A stretch of 64,000 bases of DNA from Antedon mediterranea (Eukaryota > Animalia > Echinodermata): NCBI RefSeq assembly GCF_964355755.1, contig NC_092671.1:39504304-39568303 (forward strand), written 5' to 3'. Below are positions 1 through 12,400 of the stretch, in pieces (the stretch's first letter is position 1; each line of letters opens with the position of its first letter). A program made the translations under genes and the position numbers. The notes under the pieces were generated by a model, which was not told the origin of the DNA, made no database searches, and saw only the letters and a program-made list of their open reading frames with translations.

Positions 1-1942
1 AATTAACAAATATCTATGGGAATTTACTGTATAAATAAGACAAAAATGCAAAAAACTTGCATTGTGTAAATTAAGACGTGGAAGCTAGTCAAGTGGGTTA
101 ATGCCAAAGGTTAATCGTACAGTAGTAGTAGGGTGGATTTATTATAATTGCAAAATAAGGCAATTTGTATGACAATGAGATCAATTATGCAAGGCTGCTG
201 TTTGTCATAAGATAAGATACATTTATAAAGAAGACGGAGAAAGATGTATTGAAAATGATTTAACGATAATTATCCTAATTTATAAATTAAAGAATTGTTT
301 AAATATTATAAACAATAATAGATATGATTATTAGATTTTAAGTTTACATTTATAATCACATGATAAACATGTAGAAATATAAACAATTTTTTTATAAATC
401 CACTGCTTCAGAAATAAATAAATAGTGTATATTTCTGAATATACACTATTTATAAATTCCACTGCTTCAAGAATTAAAATTGAAAGGGTTGTACTGTGCA
501 TAGTAAACATAATGACATTCTCCAGTTCAACATTAATCAACTTTGATTCAAATATCAAACCCATGAGGGCAGCATAACCTGATTAGCACGACATGGATAA
601 GCAATGACATCACTTTATCATTGCTAGAGGCGGATCCAGGATTTTGAAATAGAGGGGGGTGGGGGCAGGGTTTTAAATTAGTGAAATGAACGGCTGAGCT
701 TAATTTGATGTCTTATCTTTTGCATTACAATTTGTGAAATTTAGAACGCCCCCCTTGAAGATTCAAGAAAGTCTAATTGTTGAAGACGTAAACAAATGAT
801 ATATATACCGTAAACAAAACACCAGGATAGGCAGAGGCACAATATTTACAGTATCTTAAGAATAGACATAATATACTGTAGAATAATTTAAAATACAGTA
901 AATGGTAGCCATTCAGAACTATCTGGTAGTACTCCTGGGTATACAAGTAAAAGTTGACAATGTGCCTGTGTCCTATTAAACAAATAAAGCATTGGCACTA
1001 TTTAAACCACTGTGTCAACTTCATATTCCCCACAGTGAGAGGACGAATGAATTGTGAATTTACTTAAATAAATAAAATAATATACTTACAATATTCTTTT
1101 CACACAACCCTCTGAATTGTTTGAACTTCTTGTTTGTTAAGAGACTTGCCTTGCCTATGGCCGATCGAATTATACCACAAACTGAAAATAATAAATTGGT
1201 CAACTAAATCCACTACTATAAATGAATACATTAGTTAGTTCTGAATACAGTATGCCTAACCTTTGCCAAAACATGAAGTCAGCATTGAAAATACCGTAGA
1301 TTAAAAATAATACAGTTTATGATACATTATGATTTATTTTAAACCAGATTATCGTAAATTTAAAATATCTACACACAAGTATAAATATTTAATACAAATT
1401 ATGACTACTACAGTAAACTGGCCTAGCTCTGTCTACACTATCAAACTTTATGTGACAACAAAATGTGATGTGTCCATATATGGACATGATGATGTCATAT
1501 CACAACAACCATATTTGGGAATATCACCACCATATTTTGGCAAATCACACTTTCTTTTTATCAAACTAGTTTGCTGTAGAAAGAGCTTTTTAGACAATTT
1601 TTTATAAATTAATAACGGATTTACGCGATGTGACAAACAACCGGAGTACAAGGCCAACCAGGGCAATAATAATGACTAGATAATATTTTAGTATTATTTT
1701 AAAGAAATATATAATACGTTGAATTTAAATTTTGCAATAATATTATTGATAAAAATCTCGGAATAATTACTGAATATAATCTCTTTAATTTAAATATTAA
1801 ACTGTAAATCTGAAATAGACCTTGGCATGACCTCTGCAGAGAGTCACTAGACATTGGTATAGATTTTTTGTCCTATAGAACAAATTGTTGAATCTGTCAT
1901 ATTTCAGTTGTTCTTGATTGAAGAATAGGGATTTAACAGTAA

Positions 1943-2107
1943 AGCTCTGTCTACACTATCAAACTTTATGTGACAAAAAAATGTGATGTGTCCATATATG
2001 GACATGATGATGTCATATCACTACCATTTGGGCATCACTACCATATTTGGGTATAGTACTGTACATCACATTGTTTGTCAAACTAGCTTGATAGTGTAGA
2101 CAGAGCT
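1943..2107. mobile_element. MITE family A (PIF/Harbinger-like), representative copy of about 18 in the window
   Basis: TIR AGCTCTGTCTACACTATCAAAC...GATAGTGTAGACAGAGCT with TAA TSD and internal ACTACCATATTTGGG subrepeats. Other copies (approximate): 1425-1588, 2888-3010, 14403-14617, 17962-18114, 27920-28105, 28184-28285, 34037-34185, 36928-37088, 37662-37880, 39641-39799, 40558-40713, 44661-44793, 45372-45526, 45989-46146, 50768-50967, 53278-53355, 55099-55201. Confidence 0.9.
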
Positions 2108-5100
2108 TAAGTCAGGTTTGCAGAGTACACCATATGTTTACATAAAGGAAGTAATTTTGAGAATGTGTCTGACGTTTCAGTTGTTACTGCTGTCATCATG
2201 TTAAAAAACGTCTCAAACTTTAAATTGTCAAACTAGTGAATTTGTTCTAAAATTCAATAAACTACAACTTTAACAAATTTTATATAAACTTGTCAAATGA
2301 ACATTCTTTTAGCAATAAATGCTATACCACCTGTTGGATACAGGAACTTGTAAATTGTGAATATAAAGTACTTAAAAACATAGCATTAAACATTGAAACG
2401 GACGTCTATGACGGATACAATTTTAAACACAAGAACCACAAATTGCTGATTGTAGTATTTCAGAAGTAAAAACAATTTTTTATACACGACGCAACAGGTG
2501 TCAGGTAATTAAATTAGGAAAGGTCATTATTAAACAGGAAAAGAAGATCTATTGATGATCTGTAAATAAGGTCTTTAAAAACAAATCAATAAATAACATT
2601 GCCAAAACATAAGTATTATTATTATGGAAGAACATCCCATCACATTTTATTTATTAATCCAAAGGCAAATTACTGAAAAAAATGACAATTCTGTGGGTAT
2701 CATCAGTGGCTGGATCTCAATGGAGATACAAAAAGCAAAAAGCTAAATCAAAGCGAGAAGTAAAACAGCCAGAAAAGTTAGCAGAGCTTTCGGGCAACAC
2801 TAGCCCTTCATCAGTGCAAGTGAGGGAATTTGGATAAAGTCATTATTATTAAGTAGTAGTATAGTGTATTTTGTTGTTACTTTGTAAAGCTCTGTTTACA
2901 CTATCAAACTAGTTTGACAAAAAAGTGTGATATGCCCAAATATGGTAGTGATATGACATCACCATGTTCATATGTCACATAAAGTTTGATAATGTTATGT
3001 AGATAGAGCTTAAGAAATGTTCCAACATAAACTTTACATGGAATAAATATCAGTAAAATATTATGATTATGAAAATAAATGCTACATCATTGTGTATTTT
3101 AGCAATGTACTGCATAGGAATCCGTGACACGTAGCAACATGCTAAACATGACATTGTCTCAAGTGCAAGGTATCCAGCTACAGACTCTGATGAGTCATAT
3201 ACTCATAGTAAAGCAACGCGCTGCTTTTATCAAATAAGTTGTTATGTACAGTACTGTATTATCTATTATATTACTGTACCAGAATACCATACACATTATT
3301 AATATGTTCAGAGACCTAATTTTTTACAGTAATTTAACAGTCACATGGGCTAATAGCACCACAAACAATCATTTTTGCAACAGAAAATTGTCAGGCAGGG
3401 TTCAGCTTTGCAAAGTCAGTCAGTCAGTACGTTGTAAATTATTTAATACAGAAAAAAGGTATTGGATAGGAACTACAGAAAAAACATCGCAAAAAGAATA
3501 GTTAAATCAACAAATATTGCCCATCAGTGTGCATTATGATTTTCACAATTTTGTTTGACGTTTTGAAAGTTACTGAAGAAGTTAAGCTACCATATTTCCG
3601 GATCCATTCGACTTGGCAAATGCACAGACGGTTAAATTCTTGCACCTGACCGAGTAATCAAAGCAAATTGATGCAATAACTTTAACGCACTTGGAAAAGG
3701 GTGAACAATGTGTGTCGGCAACCGAAAGAAACGTTAATTTAAAGGGGTAATCTTCAAAAGAAAAGCCACATATTGTGTTTTCAACTTGAAAATTTGCATC
3801 AACGGATGACAACCCATAGAATTATTTCGTGATTACTATCATCGGCTCATGAAATTGTCACTTAACTTGATAATTAGAGAAAAAGGGGAAAACAGAGGGC
3901 ATTTACGGTCACTTAGTGTATCATGATATGATTAATCATGATAACAAAAACTACAAATAAATGGGGATGTGCAATTGTGTGAATTGGATGGGAGGAGAGA
4001 ATTTCGCCCTAAAATTCATTTTTTATGATTTAACTTCCACCTTAGTTTCAATCCTGTTTGTTTCAATTGCTATTTTTAGCAAATGATACATTGGCCTACA
4101 GTACTACACTATAGATTTAATAAAGTATAGGTTTCGTAGAAAATTGAGGTATAGTTTTAAAACTGATGTTCTTTTTTGTCAGATATTCATGTTACTAAAT
4201 GGTCCTGGATAGACCATAAAGGTTATTTTATACCTCCACCACATGGATAGACTCAAGATCGTCCTTTGAAAGCTAGTACCACTCAAGCTTCTTCTTGCCA
4301 CATGTGCTGTACAGTATACAGTACTTGTCACAAATAATGATACTCTTATTGTAGCCTAGAGGGCCTGTATGAAACCACAGATAATTTAATTACGGATGAA
4401 TTCTTTGAAAATACTATTAGCCAGAATGGTTTGATGCGAGCGAGCGTGCATGTTAACTCTATTTTAGGTGATAGTCACTCAAGGGTTTAATCTCTTTAAA
4501 TATGTATGACGGAATGACGGACATGTTATGAGTTCTTTGAATGCTCAATTTCACAAATAATGTTGAGACGTTCAAGACGAATTGAGAAAATCTTTCTGTA
4601 CCTACAGTATTTTTTTTTTATACATACAATACTGTACATTGCACTCTAAGTAAACACAGTATTTAATGGATACTGGCACTACTATATAAATCTGATTTAT
4701 TGATAAATATTAATAGATTTTTTTTACTATTTAATGGATACCGGCACTATTTAATAAGTCTGATTTATTAATTAAGCTATATTATTAGACTGGGCGGCAA
4801 GAAGATAATCAGAAGATTTTATTTATGCGATGCAAGCAGTGGGAGTACAGTAGATATAACTCATTAACTGCAAGATGTTTGTGAATGTGAGTGACCGGTC
4901 GAATACGGTACTGTAAGTGACCAGTCGAATACGCGAAGTGACCAGTCGAATACGCGAAGTGACCAGTCGAATACATCTAATGCCCAGGTCCTAAAAAATA
5001 ACATAGGTCACATGTATTGTATGCGTTAATGGTAAATTAAAGAAGGCAAGAATCTGCAGGATATTATTATATATTTTTTCCTATGCATCATTGCATAGCA

Positions 5101-7419
5101 ACCGTGTGACATCACTTTATTAATGCTGACCTACACTAAATTACAGGTCAAACTACATGACCTGTAACTTTAATTATAACTTGTAAAAAATGAAACAATG
5201 CATTCTGTCGGGGAGGCAACAAATTTTCTGCTAATTAATTAAAATCACAGTGTTGCCCATTATCAACATATTGCGTTTTGACAGATTTTACTATAATTAC
5301 GTCAAAGGTTTTAATTGGATTTAAAGAAGCAGAACAAACTTTGGTTTAAAACGGAAGCGGCTTCTGCTATACAGCTGTATGCAATTGTATATAAAATAAA
5401 AATAAAACAATACTAATTTAAAATAACAATCTACTAGTACAGTATACAAGAAATGATACAAGATTTTATTGTAAAAATGTTTAATTTGTTAGTGGAGTGC
5501 TGTAGTCAACATTCACAGGAGTTTCATTAAAGAAAGTTAAGGAAAGCTGTAGACTGTATATATTGTGACTAAATTTACCTCTAAATTTAGAGAATTAGCA
5601 GATTGTACAGTCATCACAAATGACTCATTGTCGAGAGCAGTTTTATAATTTTAAAATCTGGACAGTTTGCTAAATGATAATTTACTGAATTGTAAAAATT
5701 GTTTTATTATAGCCAAATGTCTGACTGTCCTTTGTCAAAAAAAATTCAATTAAAAAAAGACTGCAAAATTGCAATTTCACATCGAATGCTATACAGTAAT
5801 ACTAATAGTACACCTACTGTATGTTAATTTATTTATTGATAAATGCAATTTGTAAATAACAAAATGTCTTAATTTGATAAAATCATTGTAATCAAATGGT
5901 AAAATCGCTTCCTTTAATTAAAGCATCAATTGTTTTTCTCTTTCTACTGCACAATCTCTTTCAGGAATAAAGCAGATTTTAAAATCTTTTATAAATAAAA
6001 TTAAAACTGATGATGACAAATGTTTTTGGACAAAACAGTGAAAACATAGCTAATTTTGTTGACGTGGTCGTCTCATGAATATTCATGATTTATCGTCGTG
6101 GTCGTGGTCAATTTAAAGCTAGGTCAAATATGAGTCATCACTTTGAATCAATCAAGTGACAGGGTGCTGGTATATTTAGGGTGGGAAATGACACCTCTGA
6201 CAAGGATTTCAACACAAAATGTTTACATAGGAGTTACAATGCATTGTTATTTCAAAATTATCAATTTTAATAACAATCCAAAGAATTTAATTATACAGTA
6301 GCAGACAGAATTGTGATTAGGCCCTACTATTATTGGCATACCTACAGTAGTGTATTGATATACTGTACTGCTGACTATTGTATGGTACTGATAATGATAT
6401 ATTTTTACCAACAATTTTCAAATTACCAAAAATGAACTTGCCTCCAATACTGAATTAAGAAATCACTTTAACACCAAATGTATAAATTAAATTATACTGT
6501 ACATTAATTAGATCGGCAGTAAGAAATTAAGATAAATTCATACCATAGGGAGTGCAAGTGAAGCGGATCGAGTAGGGCATTTTGTACGTGTCTGCTTTAA
6601 ATTCATATCATTCATAGGGTGCTAGCTTTTTCTAGAATAATTAATTAATTTGTAGAGTATTTATAGTGAATTATGTATAGCATAGATATTATAGTGAATC
6701 ATTTCTATGTGTACAGGAATAGAGTAAAGATCCTGTATCTTTCTTGGATCCTGCCTTCTTCCTTTTCCTCCCAGATTTATTGTAATTGTTATTTGTATAT
6801 TGTTATGTTTTATTTATTCCATTATTGTTTCAATCTTAAAAGGAAGAAAATAATTGTTATTTTGAATTTAATATAATAGATGAGTATATACTGTTTATTG
6901 TCGTGTTGATGCACATCAAACTGTTGACACAAACTGTGGATTTTTGTTGTTGTTCCGCATTATGAATGCATGTACTTTGGACATATTCAAGTGATAGCTA
7001 TGGTGTTATCCACAATTTTATGCTATGTACATTGTATAGCATTAACTAATCATCAATGTAAATATACTAGTCTCAAATTCATCATGGAGAGAGAGATTGA
7101 TGAATGTTTGAACAGAATATTCAAGCATGCAGGGTAAACAACCAAAATGAAAATATTGCCTGTACAATTTTAAAAATGTGTACATGTTATACTGTACAGG
7201 TATAGTACAGTCAAAACACAACTGCACTGATTAATGGCCGTAACATTATGTTTCCAGACGTGTTTGATCCAAAAAAATGACTGGGATAATGTGAAGGGCT
7301 TAGAGGCTTTGTGCATTAGGCGCATTAAGATCGATCGATCATAATTATCTTTTATTATCTTTTGGTACTTATTTATACCACCATCAAATTAAATTTATAA
7401 AATTAATCAATTCACTTAC

Positions 7420-10400
7420 CTTCATCAGAGAGTTCTTTTTCTAAATTTTTCTCCGCACCTTGACATAAATCCTCAATATGTGACTGTTGGCTGTTAACAA
7501 CACGCAAGAAGTAATGTCCATCTTTAACTTCCTCTACCACAGCAGCAGCAGTGTTGACCTGACCTGGCTCAATTGTAAGCCCAGGTTCAGCTTTCTTTGG
7601 TGGTGGCTTAATTATTAAACAATCTTTCTCTTTATTGTCCAGTTGTTCGTTCACCAATTCATTCGCCAATTTCTGTAATTTTTTGGATTCGTTGTTGTTC
7701 CCCTCGGACGCAACCGCAATGTTTTCTTTTTCGTTTAATGTTATTTTATCGTCGATTAAACTAACTTTTCTTTCTAAGACCGCTGGTACATTCTGATTTG
7801 AATGGTTTTCTTGTAAAACTACTGGTTTACTTTGTGATTCTGTTTCACAGTTTATCACATCTGTATGTATTACAGATTTAGGATCACAATTTTCATTTTG
7901 AGAGTTGTTAATTGTCGAAACGGGTATATTTTCAGACGCATCAGACTCGTTTGTTTTATTTGTACTAAAATCTGGACGTGCTATCCGAGATTCACGTATA
8001 TTTTCTTTCTTCGTTTGACTCTTTGTTTTACTGTCATCGTTCGCAGATTTCGATTTGACATCTTTGCGCTTTACAGCAGTCCTTGTGGGTGTATCACTCT
8101 CTGTATCACTATGAAATAGCATCGCTTTCCTAATTTCAACTAATGACCTACGACCTGTACCCGAACGATGTAAATTATCCGGACTGACAACTTTCTGTTT
8201 AACCTCCTCAGCCCCTTTCTCTTTCGATAAAGGTTTTAGGACGTTATCTTCCCATGCTTGTCTACACCGGGCTACAAATCCTGGTATGCTGGACCGTTTG
8301 CCTTTACGATCGGCCGGACCTAAACTCTGACTTCGTTTAACATCCTTCCGTCTTGACTTTGGCGACGGACTTCGATCTCGCTTCTCCCCACCAGTTCGGC
8401 CAGCACTTCTAAAGCGTACATGACCGGAGGAAGCACTTTGAGTGCGATCTTGAGAAGGATCCGTAAACCTTCCAGAATTCCGTAAATTTGACCCAGGGGA
8501 AAAAGATGATTTAGGCCGTACTGATGATGTTTTACTAGGACTGGAATCTAGTCTACTAGGACTTTTAGAAGATAATGAAGATAGTCGGTTCCTAGATCTC
8601 TCTGAGTTAGCTACCTTCTTGTTTTCGCCATCACCAGATTGTGTCCCTCTTCTTTGGTAAAGACTAGAAGGTCGTTCTAATTTGCGATCGTTTGGACTTA
8701 ATAACGGTTTAGCACTTATTGCTGGTTTACTTCCACCTAACGTGTGCCTTCGGTTTGAGATCGGACTAATTCCGCTACCACTTCGACCTTTCACGTCGCC
8801 ATTTAATACGATTCTTGTGTTTGATTCACTTTTTATATTTTCTTTTTGTTTTGATCGGTCTTCACGGTTCATTACCGGAGAATTGTCCATAGTTTTGCGA
8901 CGTGGCTTTGGTGGCAAGGAAGGCTTTGTAGAATATGGTGACAGAGTCGGGCTTTTTTTCACCTTAGGTCGCACAGACGCGTCAGCATGGCCATTTATAA
9001 GCCTTTTCTCGTGCGAGGGGCTAGGCGAGTTTGATTTCTGCCCTGCGAGGCGAGACATATTTCCCGAAGTTGGAGATTTGATGCTTTTTTTGCTATCCTT
9101 ATCAATTGTAGCAGTATTATTTCCATTAGCTTTATAGTCCATACTGCAAGCACTACAGCTTCTACGAGAAGCACTATTAGAGCGAGTGGCTAAGCGCTCA
9201 TGCACAGATTCACTTTTAGACCCAAGGTCTTTCGGTGACATAACAGGGCTAGAATTACGGTTTCTAGGCCTTAGGAGAGAAGGAACATTGTTCTCCTCTG
9301 CAAGACCATTTTCAGTTGGCGATATAGTGTCCTTTTCATTAGCATTTACATTACGAGCTTTTGGGACAGGCAGACCGGACTTGCCAAAGCTTAGTTGGCG
9401 CGTAACTTTAGAGCTCATTGAATAAGCTCGACGAGTAAGTCTTGGGTTACTTGCGGCACCGGTGCTTCCTTTACTGCAAGTTTGGGGCGCTGTAACGGGA
9501 CCAACGACTTCACTTTGCTGTTTATTGCGTTTAACCTGGTCTTGAGTACGACCTTCAATAAACCTAAAGAAGAAATTATATGGATTTAATAAATTATAAA
9601 TGCATACATTTGCAGTGTTTTTTTTTATTTGAAAAGACATGACATTCATTTTTATAGAATATCTTTAAAAAATTGAATTAAATTGAAATATTTAATTTAT
9701 ACTGGGCATCCTCTTCAGTCGAAGACTGGTCTCTCAGAGGGCTCAGTTATTATCAGTGGCTGTTATGTAATTTTCAGCACACACTATGTGGTTTAATATT
9801 TAATAGTTATTTATAAATATAAATCAACACATCGTTTCCTGTTTACAAGCATATGAACTAATCGTTTAAGTTTGTCAAAAAAAAGAAAAAGGAATCTGAG
9901 GAATCATATGAGAAATATTATGAGGAAATATGTGAATACCGGCTAGGTTTCATCCTGCGTTCTGCTGGCAATACATCCACAATCAATTTCCAGCATTCCA
10001 ATTAACACTAGATTAGTTAATGGCTTAAAACTTTAAATCAAGACATAGACTTCAATTAAGTAGGCCCTCAATTAACATGGAGGCATTTCAAATTATAATC
10101 TGTCAAGTACATTACTTTAACGATCAATATAAGCAGACCCACGCCGGACCTACAGGAAGTATGTAATTACGCTCCTACAGTTCTACAGTACGTAACAAAT
10201 CTACAAACATGTATGATTGTACTTCACATTGACAAATTTCCGGCTTTAGTGAATAACACTCTAGGCCTAGTACTTGAATGTTGTTTTTTTTACACTAACA
10301 TTTTTGTACTAAGTCTGTATAATAACAGCAATGTGCAAGTTGTACTGCAGGCATGCTGCAATCCTTAATAATACTACAATTTTATAGAACTTTTATTTAT

Positions 10401-11251
10401 ATATAGATAACATACAGTACTGTACTCACTTCTTCCCCCCATCCCCCTCACCCCATTTTACTGTAGTGTAACTAAAGAAGAAACACCAAATTAACTTTGG
10501 GTTTCATCAATATTAGAGTTACTTAGAAGTTAGATTAGACTCAGACTAGATTAATATTATAAAGGTTAGACTAAGCATACTACCGACCTCTCTTTCACAA
10601 AAAGATGGTAGAATCAAAAACTATAAATATACCATAAATATTATTATATTAAATTGTGAATTCGGTTAAATTCTTTACAACAGGAGATTGTTGTCAGTTG
10701 TTTTCTTTTAAAGTAAATTTACAAAAAAATTTCAAGATAATAAAACAATGAAAGTTTCAAAAGTTTATGAACTGTGAGTCAATTTACATTATGAAAGTAA
10801 AACATAGGACAGTACAAATGTCACCCCAAAAGCATACTAATAAAGCCCTTGACAATAAAGTACATTATGAGGAGGCCATGATGACATCATAATCAAACAA
10901 ATCATATCCTATAAAGTACTATGACAAAGTATCACAAATCGACTAATAAAAAAAAACCTACTATATTAAATAAGTAAAAAAAATATTACTATATAATACA
11001 GTCAAAAATAACTTAACGCTTTTTTTTTATACAGCCATTGAGGTTTTACGGTTTTTATAAAAACAAAGTAAAATAAACTTTTGTTAGTCAAGTCACGAAA
11101 AGAGTAAGAAAAATAGTAATTTTCTTTAAAAAATTAGTCTATAATGATGTCAAATAAAAGTATCTGTAGTGTATGGAAAATAAAATAATAAAAAAAAGAA
11201 GCAAACATACCTATTCTTCTTAAACATGGCAGAAAATTTTGAGTACCCCAT
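7420..11251 (-). CDS. Disks large-associated protein (DLGAP1-4/SAPAP/vulcan-like), 5' exons only; continues beyond the left edge
   Basis: Exon 11251-11211 (MGYSKFSAMFKKN+AG, donor gtatg) joins in phase to exon 9563-7420 (tttag acceptor, R-FIEGR..., donor gtaagt). A long S/R/K-rich disordered region ends in KDGHYFLRVVNSQQSHIEDLCQGAEKNLEKELSDE, matching the start of the GKAP homology domain (RDGHWFLKLL...). The rest of the domain was not found in 1-7400. Confidence 0.8.
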
Positions 11252-11686
11252 GGTTACGGTAAAAACCATAAAACACGTGAATTAAACTAAACTAAATTGT
11301 CTCTTTAATAAATATATTTCAAAGCTACTAAATGAACGAAAGCTATTGAGTGCCCTTGTAGAATGCATGTGACAAGAAAAAAACAACAGCTTTATATTAA
11401 ACAACGTCATCTAACTCACTCAAGTTTGTTTCCTTCCTCTGAGCTGTGACAGTGGACTACATTGGCTATTTCCTGCAAATTACACACGCACACTTTTGCT
11501 TGATGGCGCTTGTTTAAATGACTAACGTATGTTTATTGGAAATAAACAGTGATTCAATTTATCTATAGAATACTAGGAAATTTAGCTTTTTATCTATTTT
11601 AAGGTATAACATTTTGAAGAATGAAATACACATAAAATCTAAACAAAGCATAGTGTGGAGCTCTACGGCATGGTCAAGTAACCACG

Positions 11687-12400
11687 GTCAAGTAACCACT
11701 ATGAGCGGATCCAGAATTATAGAATAAGGGTGGGGAGGGGTGTCAAGTAACCACTAGGAGCGGGTCCAGCATTATAGAATAAGGGTGGGAAGGGGTGTCA
11801 AGTAACCACTAGGAGCGGATCCAGCATTATAGAATAAGGGTGGGGAGGGGTGTCAAGTAACCACTAGGAGCGGATCCAGCATTATAGAATAAGGGTGGGG
11901 AGGGGTGTCAAGTAACCACTAGGAGCGGATCCAGCATTATAGAATAAGGGTGGGGAGGGGTGTCAAGTAACCACTAGGAGCGGATCCAGCATTATAGAAT
12001 AAGGGTGGGGAGGGGTGTCAAGTAACCACTAGGAGCGGATCCAGCATTATAGAATAAGGGTGGGGAGGGGTGTCAAGTAACCACTAGGAGCGGATCCAGC
12101 ATTATAGAATAAGGGTGGGGAGGGGTGTCAAGTAACCACTAGGAGCGGATCCAGCATTATAGAATAAGGGTGGGGAGGGGTGTCAAGTAACCACTAGGAG
12201 CGGATCCAGCATTATAGAATAAGGGTGGGGAGGGGTGTCAAGTAACCACTAGGAGCGGATCCAGCATTATAGAATAAGGGTGGGGAGGGGTGTCAAGTAA
12301 CCACTAGGAGCGGATCCAGCATTATAGAATAAGGGTGGGGAGGGGTGTCAAGTAACCACTATGAGCGGATCCAGAATTATAGAATAAGGGTGGAGAGGGG
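11687..12400. repeat. 55-bp minisatellite, ~13 copies, G-rich
   Basis: Unit GTCAAGTAACCACTAGGAGCGGATCCAGCATTATAGAATAAGGGTGGGGAGGGGT, near-identical copies. Confidence 0.97.

Noticed and set aside
6544-6632. Possible next DLGAP-like exon (minus strand, donor gtatga)
   Set aside because: A stop codon appears in the required phase and there is no similarity to the continuation of the GKAP domain.
8682-9425. Plus-strand ORFs of 151 and 79 aa
   Set aside because: Antisense shadows of the long DLGAP-like exon with no recognisable motifs.
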